Source: Yuukianura sp. NJ FZ-2021 (Eukaryota). From it: a stretch of DNA of 64,000 nt. Numbering within the stretch: position 1 is the stretch's first letter; every line of letters starts with the position of its first letter. The stretch is taken from the NCBI GenBank assembly GCA_046563655.1, contig CM102287.1, positions 5,580,001-5,644,000 of the forward strand, given 5' to 3'. Below, piece after piece: positions 28,601 through 41,123 of this stretch. The notes below the pieces were generated by a model. The model was not told the origin of the DNA and did not search any database. It saw nothing but the letters and a program-made list of their open reading frames with translations. The translations under genes were made by a program, and so were the position numbers.

Positions 28601-31600
28601 CTTGAACAACCGAATTAAGAGCTTGAGGGAAACTTTGTGATATTTAGCACACGCAATTACTGATTTCTTTCCTCAAAAACAGGAGTTGTGTCAATCACTA
28701 CTTGATTCATGTGATTAACCCTGTCGAAAACATAATTAACGTCCTAAGTTGGCCTCAAAAACGGGCAAGAAAAGTGAGAGTTGTTCTAGAGATGAAATAT
28801 TATTGCATGATTAGCAAACTCAACCATCTTTCATCTTTTCCCTTAAGTAGATAGAGGGACTTAGGCCTACCAGGAACCTGTCTTCTGAGGAAGATGATGC
28901 TAAGGAAATTGCATAATCAGAACTCAAAGGAAGGAGGAAACTGTGAGTCAGGCGTCAGGAGGTATGACTGACAGTGAAGAAAGCACCGGAAGATTGAATA
29001 ATCACCAGAAGCAGGTTTACTATCCTTAATCAACAATCTCAAAAAGTCAAAACTCAAACAAGGGCATTTTTCCAAGAAAATTAAACCGAAAAAAAAAGTT
29101 TTACGAACAAAAAAAGTTTTGAAGAAACGAAGAAACCATAGGAAGAAGACAGCTTCTCATTACGTCTAATCAACTCAACATTTATGACTATAACACCACC
29201 AACATCTTCAACTTTTATGCACAAACCGTGCGAAAACAAACAAGGCAACTTTAAGAGCAAAAAGCCGTAAAAATTCTACCCACCTCCAGAAACAAAAAAA
29301 AATCAAAAAAATTCTTGTTATTAAAAACCTACCCCCGTCGTTAGTTGTTAAAACCCCAACAAAAGCGTTGTTCAAAGATGTTCCTCCTCTCTAGTTAGGA
29401 ATTTGAAAACCACCACAAAAACCAATTCTTGTCAAACTAAAAAACCCAAAGGAATTCAGGAATTTTCCAGGAAGCTGCCTTAGCACTTTCAAAAATTTGA
29501 AAAAAAAAGTTCCAAGTTCCTTTCTCTACATAAACTTTCCAATTTTATACTTCCTCGCTCCAGCATCCAGCAGCAGCCCTTGGAGGAGCCCTTAAAGAAA
29601 TCTCACACCTTATCTGGCCATGATCACTTAAAGATCACTGCACAGATTCTTTATTAGTCATGTTGGGAACCGCCTTTACAAAATTAAGGCTGACATTTCA
29701 TTCCACCTCTCATCTCTACAAATCTTGAAAGGATTCGAAATCTATTTTGAAATAACAAAAGACTTCCAAGTACTTCCAGCATCCAGCATTGCCAGCATCG
29801 CAGCCACTAATGAGACCAAATCCTCAACCCTTTCCTTTGAAGTCTGACTATTATTTACCTTCCAAAGGGCCTCAAGTTCCTTCACAAAGCCAAAACCTGA
29901 GCCAAATTCCTAATTATTGCACAGGGATTCCTTCCAGTGCAAAAGATTTCTGGCGGCAAAAACCGAATTCGGGAGAAATCTTTCGCTGAATTGTTTATAA
30001 GCCTCCCGGAGATCACAAAGTAGCAGAACAAAAAAAAAACAAGAAACGAACAGCAAACAACTAATCGTTCACTTTTTTCTGTTTTTGTTTGTTTTTCGCA
30101 CTCCAAAAAAATTTCATTACAAAAAATTTTCTAACTCAGCCTTTTTAGCAGAAGCCGGAATGTCAAAGTTTTTCAAACACAAAAATATCACAAAAAGACT
30201 TGTTTGAAAATCACTCACTGAAAATCTTTGAAAAAAAAACATTCAGAAAAATGTGTTTGACAAGAAAAAATTGGTTGAGAAATCTGCACTTTTTAGATGA
30301 TCATTCAAATGCTCGACAAATCTACGCCTGTCTCCAATACTATGTAACCTTTGTATAACAAAAAATTGAGCAAAATGATCATTAGTATTCGTAAGCAGAC
30401 TTGTTACAGCAAAACCAAAGGGAATTTGTAATACTTACAACAGTTTTTAGCAAAAAGTGAGATTGTAGAAAAAAAAAACGCAAAGGAAACGGGTATATAC
30501 CTAAAAAGTTCTCCATTATCCCATGTCATTTATCAACTTCAGTTTTAGTATCACTTTTTGCAATCTCTCCTCCCTTGTCCAAGTAGGCATGAATCCGCCT
30601 TCAGGAATCCATCATAAAATGTATTCCAAAAGGTACTTGTCCAACTTTTTATAAAAACAAGGCAAACGCTCTACAAAACGACTCTACTAAAAACACTCAA
30701 GCCGAAACTATTTTTCCAAAACACTTCCCTCTATTTTACTAATTCTTACAGTTTTTCAAACTATGTAGCTACGCAACATTTTTTGCATTTTTTTTTGCAA
30801 ATCCAAAAACAATGTTAAGCGTCATCCGAAAACGGTCCATCACTGAAAATTCTACTATTGCTAATAAAAACTATTGCTAAAACTCATTAGTTAAAACAAA
30901 TATAACAACCGCCCTTGACGCATGAGTAATCAAACTCGAAATAACTTGTCTGTGCCGTAATTTCAATTTGCTATTTGTTCATTTTAACAAAAATTTTGAA
31001 AAAAAAATCACTCAAAAACGTGGAATGGCTTGCGAATGTGGTGATGCATTTTCAAGACCACAAACGGTTGCCAAAATTCTAGATTTTGAGTAAGATATAA
31101 AACTCATTCTAAATTCTTCTTTTACAAGTGCAGTTAACTGACTTACATTAAACCAACTAGACAAACCACAAAACAATTGTCTTATTGGTTTGATTTATGA
31201 TCTTATTCAATTAGAAACTCAAAATAATAAATGGAATTGGTAACTTGGCCAAATTCATCTGTCTAACCATGCCTCTTCTGCCTCCTGTCCTGGCTTTAAT
31301 ATATTCCAACAGGCTGACAGGTGCTGTAAATCTGTTATTAAATCATCCTCGTTCCAAACAAAGTAAAAAAAAAACGAAATACAGTCCAACATCCTCGTTT
31401 GTTCCAACTAAAAATCCAACACCTTTCAAATTACCACGATCTCATCCTCTTACACCAACTTTCTTCTGCTGTCTATTAAATAGGTCTGACTTTAAAAACT
31501 AACTTATAAGTAGGAGGATAACAAGGTTCATGTTTGGAATCGAATAAGTGGAAAAGAAGAGTTGAATGCAGAATTAAGAATAGCTTTTGAAATAATAAAT

Positions 31601-32243
31601 TCAAAATCAAAAAGAAAAACTGTAGCCCTTACAAAACAAACCACCTTGTCGATAGAACCTAGTTAGGCACAACAACAAACTAATTGCTTCACCTCATTCA
31701 CTTTTGAGAAAATGGGAGACACGAATATTCTTTTGCTAGCCCTTACAACGCCTTTTCAAAAAAATATAATGATAGGGCATGGAAAAGTTAGAAAGAAACG
31801 AATTCCCGAAAGCCAATTTCCCTTGTTCATGCAATACAAAAATATACAAACAAGGTTCTCAAAAAAAAAGTACAGCCTGAATACAAAAGAAAGTTTGGTC
31901 ATTAAGTCCACACGGACGAACTTTGAGAATCATCTTGCTCCCTTTGCCTCATGCCCTGTTTGGAAATACTTCCAACACATACTTCCAAGTACTAGATTCC
32001 AACATATGACACCCACTCGGCACCCAACTAACACTTAATAATACGGTAGCCCTTTTGGAGCACCCTGTACTTAATTATTATTAAACCCAGATCTTGTTAT
32101 GCCGCATCTAGTTACAAACTAGGTTGAACGCCCAGTTCAACACCAATCTAAAAATACTGCCTTGTTAGTGGAAACAGGATAAGCACTTTGTGATTCTCGG
32201 AAAAAAGTACTTAGTAGTTAGTTAGCGCCAAGGAAGACGCCGT

Positions 32244-32269
32244 CTACTCTTGGTATCGCATAATTTCAA
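32244..32269 (-). CDS. Candidate short terminal exon of LSD1 (adds IEIMRYQE-stop)
   Basis: A strong acceptor on the minus strand (ctttgcttttgcttttgcag|) is phase-compatible with the a|gtaacc donor after NHLT and reaches TAG at 32246-32244. No transcript evidence. Confidence 0.35.
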
Positions 32270-32522
32270 CTGCAAAAGCAAAAGCAAAGCCATTTCAACT
32301 CTAACCTCAAACGGAAGGAAAAACAAAAAATGGAGCGTATAAAAGCATTTTGGGTTTTCAAAATCTTCATTTGGAAAACTGATTTTCTGAATTTCGTATT
32401 AAAATTGTAAATAAATGGCAAAAGGATGGCAGAATGAAAACTGGCGTTTTGATTTCCAGATGAAGACGTCCAAAAACTGCGAAGCATTTTTGCAAAAGCG
32501 GAATAAGGAAGGTTATGGTTAC

Positions 32523-35272
<2,750 letters not shown>

Positions 35273-36767
35273 GGCTGATTAACAGTTTTCTTTCTATGAA
35301 ACACATAAACTTATCGTTAGTATGTTTAATTACAACATTTAAGTCTCAGAGAGACTTCCCCTACAACTTTATCTGAACGGATGACACACCTTTAGTTTCT
35401 TCAGTAATATTCGAATCCAACAATCCAACCCTTTAATGGTACGCGATGAGCCTCGTAAGATATCCGATTCCGGCTAGCTGGCGATCCAAATCCAACGTTA
35501 ATGTTATACAATACGATACCAATCGATTGATTTGCGTTTGATTAGAAGAGGAGTGAAAGGAGAAAAGGATTAAACCAAACCCACAAAACAACAGGTAAAC
35601 TTTTTCTAATTTTCTAATTCTCAAAAAAAAAATAAAGAAACTGGACAAACGGTCTTACACACACAACACTCGAACCGTCACATTTGATTAGATGTATGGG
35701 CACTGTGTTGCGATTGGTTTGATCGGTATTAACGTAGTTACTAAGATAAAACTATACTTATTGTAATTAATAGTAATAACTAAATTCACAGGTTAAATTT
35801 TAGTTACTGTATTCAACTGGAAGTGGACTCTCTCGGTTAAAACTTGCCACAAAACGTTCAAGATATTCTCAGTTATCAAAGATGATGGTGGGCGTAAGCA
35901 GTTTGGAACATAGCCCTTTGTCGAACGCTGTTTATTCCGACTCCCGCCTTTTTGGGTTTCCGCGTTCTCCCGCTCCCACCGCACTTTTGAAGCTTATATT
36001 CTGGACAACGTGAGACGTGCGTTGCATTTGTGAAACAATAGTGCCCGAAAATTTCTATGCACAATTCACTGAAAAGTTTACTGGAAATTAAACCGGAAAT
36101 TCTACTGAAAATTAAACCGGAAATTCCATTTGGAATTTCCCGCGACACATCCTGTCCAATCAATGATGTCCCAATGGAAATTTGAGGTTGAATTGTCCGC
36201 AAATGAGTGTACGGCACATTAAACATGTATTATGTGATACATTTTGATTTTTCGGAATATTTTTGTACGTTTTTGTGACTTATCTGGCTTTTCTGACGAT
36301 TTCCTCAACCCTATACTAATCCTCTGAATAGTCTGAAAATTGTAGGAGTAAGGCAGAGGTGGAGTGACGGAATCCGCCAAATCCCATCCCGTATCCCATC
36401 CCCATGCAATGCTTTGATTCGCGATATTGCCGGTTATGTTAGGTTAGGCATTGCATCATCGGCTGTGTTGGTGGATGGATGGATAAAATATTTCTTCCAC
36501 TCCCCTCGAAAGTGATATCCGGATTTTCTTGGTCTCTTCCGGACAAAACTCACTTACGTCCATCGGAAACTGGATTTCATCCGGATTTATCCATTTACCC
36601 AGTGGATATATCCTGGACGAAATGCTGAAAAAGTGGATATCTATGAGGGGAGATCGACTGCTTTTCAATACGATTTGCTGCAAGATTTTTTTAAAAAACA
36701 CAAGCAAAAATTCCTTGCAGAAAATAGGGACGAACATTTTCTGCAAGCTTTTTTCTTGCAGAGAACG

Positions 36768-36927
36768 GAGGCGTTGTTATAGGAAGTTTGCGCAAAATCG
36801 AGCCGTTGTTATAAGAAACATGCGGAAAATCCAGATGTTGTTATAAAAAGTTTGCGGAAAATCGATGCGTTGTTATAAAAAGATTGCGGAAAATCGAGAC
36901 GTTGTTATAAGAAACATGCGAAAAATT
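36768..36927 (+). repeat. 32-bp subterminal minisatellite, left arm (5 copies)
   Basis: The GTTGTTATA core recurs at 36773, 36805, 36837, 36869 and 36901. Unit approximately GAGxCGTTGTTATAAGAAAxxTGCGGAAAATC. Confidence 0.9.
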
Positions 36928-36932
36928 TGAAG

Positions 36933-39074
36933 AATTGGAATTTTGAAAAATTCAGCTGAAATTCAACTTTTGGATATATTTCCCTTGCCGAGGATTCCCG
37001 CGTACTCTACCGTATTGAAATGTTGGTCTCGTCAAAAATTGACCTGTTCTCTAACTTTTTGACGTGACCAAATTTTTAAAAATTCACTTGTACACTTACT
37101 TTTTGAGAAATTGGAATTTTGAAAAATTCAGCTGAAATTCAACTTTTGGATATATTTGCCTTGCCGAGGATTCACGCGTACTCCACCGTCTTGAAATGTT
37201 GGTCTCGTCAAAAATTGACCTGTTCTCTAACTTTTTGACGTGACCAAATTTTTAAAAATTCACTTGTACACTTACTTTTTGAGAAATTGGAATTTTGAAA
37301 AATTCAGCTGAAATTCAACTTTTGGATATATTTGCCTTGCCGAGGATTCACGCGTACTCTACCGTCTTGAAATGTTGGTCTCGTGAAAAATTGACCTGTT
37401 CTCTAACTTTTTGACGTGACCAAATTTTTAAAAATTCACTTGTACACTTACTTTTTGAGAAATTGGAATTTTGAAAAATTCAGCTGAAATTCAACTTTTG
37501 GATATATTTGCCTTGCCGAGGATTCACGCGTACTCTACCGTCTTGAAATGTTGGTCTCGTGAAAAATTGACCTGTTCTCTAACTTTTTGACGTGACCAAA
37601 TTTTTAAAAATTCACTTGTACACTTACTTTTTGAGAAATTGGAATTTTGAAAAATTCAGCTGAAATTCAACTTTTGGATATATTTGCCTTGCCGAGGATT
37701 CACGCGTACTCTATTGTCTTGAAATGTTGGTCTCGTCAAAAATTGACCTGTTCTCTAACTTTTTGACGTGACCAAATTTTTAAAAATTCACTTGTACACT
37801 TACTTTTTGAGAAATTGGAATTTTGAAAAATTCAGCTGAAATTCAACTTTTGGATATATTTGCCTTGCCGAGGATTCACGCGTACTCTACCGTATTGAAA
37901 TGTTGGTCTCGTCAAAAATTGACCTGTTCTCTAACTTTTTGACGTGACCAAATTTTTAAAAATTCACTTGTACACTTACTTTTTGAGAAATTGGAATTTT
38001 GAAAAATTCAGCTGAAATTGAAGTTTTGGATGTATTTGCCTTGCCGAGGATTCACGCGTACTCTACCGTCTTGAAATGTTGGTCTCGTGAAAAATTGACC
38101 TGTTCTCTAACTTTTTGACGTGACCAAATTTTTAAAAATTCACTTGTACACTTACTTTTTGAGAAATTGGAATTTTGAAAAATTCAACTGAAATTGAAGT
38201 TTTGGATGTATTTGCCTTGCCGAGGATTCACGCGTAATCTACCGTCTTGAAATGTTGGTCTCGTGAAAAATTGACCTGTTCTCTAACTTTTTGACGTGAC
38301 CAAATTTTTAAAAATTCACTTGTACACTTACTTTTTGAGAAATTGGAATTTTGAAAAATTCAGCTGAAATTCAACTTTTGGATATATTTCCCTTGCCGAG
38401 GATTCACGCGTACTCTAACGTATTGAAATGTTGGTCTCGTCAAAAATTGACCTGTTCTCTAACTTTTTGACGTGACCAAATTTTTAAAAATTCACTTGTA
38501 CACTTACTTTTTGAGAAATTGGAATTTTGAAAAATTCAGCTGAAATTCAACTTTTGGATATATTTGCCTTGCCGAGGATTCACGCGTACTCTAAAGTCTT
38601 GAAATGTTGGTCTCGTCAAAAATTGACCTGTTCTCTAACTTTTTGACGTGACCAAATTTTTAAAAATTCACTTGTACACTTACTTTTTGAGAAATTGGAA
38701 TTTTGAAAAATTCAGCTGAAATTCAACTTTTGGATATATTTCCCTTGCCGAGGATTCACGCGTACTCTACCGTCTTGAAATGTTGGTCTCGTGAAAAATT
38801 GACCTGTTCTCTAACTTTTTGACGTGACCAAATTTTTAAAAATTCACTTGTACACTTACTTTTTGAGAAATTGGAATTTTGAAAAATTCAGCTGAAATGC
38901 AACTTTTGGATATATTTGCCTTGCCGAGGATTCACGCGTACTCCACCATCTTGAAATGTTGGTCTCGTGAAAAATTGACCCGTTCTCTAACTTTTTGACG
39001 TGACAAAATTTTTTGACAAAATATAACTTTTACGTTTACTTTTCGAGGAATTCTAACTTGGGAAAATTCAGCTG
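36933..39074. repeat. 176-bp tandem satellite, 12 copies plus degenerate end
   Basis: TTGGAATTTTGAAAAATTCA recurs at 36935, 37111, 37287, 37463, 37639, 37815, 37991, 38167, 38343, 38519, 38695 and 38871, an exact 176-bp period. Copies are nearly identical. Confidence 0.98.
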
Positions 39075-39101
39075 TCGTAAAATCTTAAAAGTGAATTATA
39101 A

Positions 39102-39282
39102 TTTATAACAACGTCTCGATTCTCCGCAAGTTTCCTATAACAGCGGCTCGATTCTTCGCAAGCTTTTTATAACCTCGGCTCGATTCTCCGCAATCTTCTT
39201 ATAACAGCGCTTCGATTCTTCGCAAGCTTTTTATAACAGCTCCTCGATTTTCCGCAAGCTTCTTATAACAACGTCTCGATTT
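39102..39282 (-). repeat. 32-bp subterminal minisatellite, right arm (6 copies, inverted)
   Basis: The TATAAC core recurs at 39104, 39136, 39168, 39200, 39232 and 39264; reverse complement of the left-arm unit. Confidence 0.9.
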
Positions 39283-39628
39283 CTGCAAGAAAAAAACTTG
39301 CAGAAAATGTTCGTTTTGATTTTCTGCAAGGAAATTTAATTGTGTTTTTAAAAAAAAAAAGCTTGCAGCAAATCGCGTTGAAAAGCAGTCGATCTCCCCT
39401 CATAGATATCCACCAACACTGTAGCATGGGATACGGGATGCGAGGTGGGGTATAGGGAACACGCCCACTCCGACTCCACCTCTGCCTTACTCCATCCTAA
39501 TGTTTGCATTTCGGAGTTGCATTTGTTTACATGTGTCAGCTGGTTATGTAAATTCAGAAAAAATTTAAATTACTAATTGAGAGTGATTTTTCATTTAATC
39601 AGCTTCTTTTCACTAAATCTACAAAACA

Positions 39629-40920
39629 ATGGCATCGGCAGATCATTCTGGTATGGAAATCCAAACACCACAGTCGTCACAGAAATCCAAGAAACTGTCA
39701 TACTTGGCTCAGGAAGCGCAAGCTCAGTGCGTTAAAATGTCATCGTTCAACGAAAGTAGAATTGCTGCTTCCTTCACAAATGAATTTGGTCATCAAGGTG
39801 AGCAGTTTTGGGTAAAACCTCGTCTCGTTCATACGCATTCATTCAGCAATAATAAATTGTCTAATAAAATAATAAACCTTGTGTAGGTGAAGGATACGTT
39901 TATGTTCTGGAAAAAAATGAAGATGCCGATGAACTGGAACTTCTGATCAAGATTGACTACCGTGACAACATATTTGATGTCAGTTTTAATGACAAGGATC
40001 CAAATCTGCTTACAACTGCGGCCGGAGACGGCTGGGTACAAATTTGGAACTTGGGCAACAAATATCCTAAAGTGGCTACGCATGAGTTCAAAGGGCATCG
40101 CAAGGAGATGTCATCAGTGGATTGGAATCTGTCGAAATTCTCGGATCATATTTTAGCAGGCAGTTGGTAAGATTTCCTCCAGCCTGTTTTACCAAATACA
40201 TGAGCAAATTGAAGCAAGGAGTAATCGCAAAAACTTGAATTTTTGTTTACTAATCAAGGGATGGAACTGTTTCTACATACGATGTAACCAGCCAGTGGCC
40301 TCTTGTAAAAATCCCTGCTTCAGAATTAGTAGTACATCAAGCAATATGGAGTCCACATAGCGCCAAGTACTGTATATCCGCCAGCAGCGATGGAGTTCTG
40401 CAGCTTTGGGACTTGAACGTCACTCCTCCTAAATCGTCGATCTACTTGTGTGCAAGTGATGAAGAGCTTTTGTCGTGTGACTGGTCCAAATACTATCCAT
40501 GGTTAGTAGCTACGGCCGGCAGCGACGCTTTGGTCAAGGGTTGGGACCTCCGTAACTACTCTCTCCCATTGTTCGTCAACGAAGATCATGGGCAGGCCGT
40601 GAAGAACATAAAATTTTCACCGTGGCATCAAACACTAATCGCCAGTGCAAGCTATGACTGTACTGTCCGGTAAGAATTTTTCATGGCTAACCTAAAGAAA
40701 CCTAACCTACTAAAACTGAATAATTTAATAGATGTAATTTGGTTTTAATTACAGATTATTCGATTACCAAGTGTCCAATTCAAGTCTAGAAATACTGAAT
40801 CACCATACGGAAAACGTTTATGGAGTGGATTGGAACTATCACAAGAAAAATGAACTTGTCACTTGCAGTTGGGATTCAACAGTGCAAGTACTCACCCCGG
40901 AATCTTTGAAGGGTTCCTAG
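39629..40920 (+). CDS. PEX7: Peroxisomal targeting signal 2 receptor (peroxin-7), WD40, 341 aa
   Basis: Exons 39629-39797, 39887-40166, 40259-40669 and 40755-40920, phase-consistent. Motifs IFDVSF...AAGDGWVQIW, GHRKEMSSVDW...GSWDGTV, IWSPH...SASSDG, EELLSCDWSKY...GWDLRN, IKFSPWH...ASASYDCTVR and HHTENVYGVDW...CSWDSTV follow the PEX7 repeat order. Confidence 0.92.
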
Positions 40921-41123
40921 CATTTCCATGTTGTTAGTTCCCGCCACTAAACATTCATGCAGGTCACGTTCGGTTATGTAAGCTCAAGGTCAGACTATTT
41001 TTAATTGAATTTAACCGGATTAATAACTTTTTTACAACAGTATACAATGGCAAGTGGATTTGAATTTGTTAGTCTGTTGGTTCAGTGAACTTAACGTTTC
41101 GAGGGAGAGAGACTTTTGTTAAT

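Larger units (their letters stand above)
36345..39493. mobile_element. Non-autonomous foldback/TIR element with internal satellite array
   Basis: Outer perfect 21-bp inverted repeat GGAGTAAGGCAGAGGTGGAGT (36345-36365 / 39473-39493). Second inverted match CATCCCGTATCCCAT. Long inner inverted arms begin GTGGATATCTATGAGGGGAGATCGACTGCTTTTCAA (36633- / -39413). No transposase ORF and no direct TSD recognised. Confidence 0.8.

Noticed and set aside
2900..32200. Numerous 60-160 aa ORFs other than 15991-16275
   Set aside because: Rich in K/N/F/L/S from the AT-rich skewed background, mostly with non-ATG starts, and with no recognisable domains or coherent splice structure.
32266..32522. Read-through tail of ORF 32266-32634 as the LSD1 C-terminus
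   Set aside because: Homology ends at NHLT at a GT donor, and the remainder has intron-like composition.
36933..39074. 176-bp array as a CRISPR-like locus
   Set aside because: No unique spacers, monomers nearly identical end to end, no cas genes, and a eukaryotic context.
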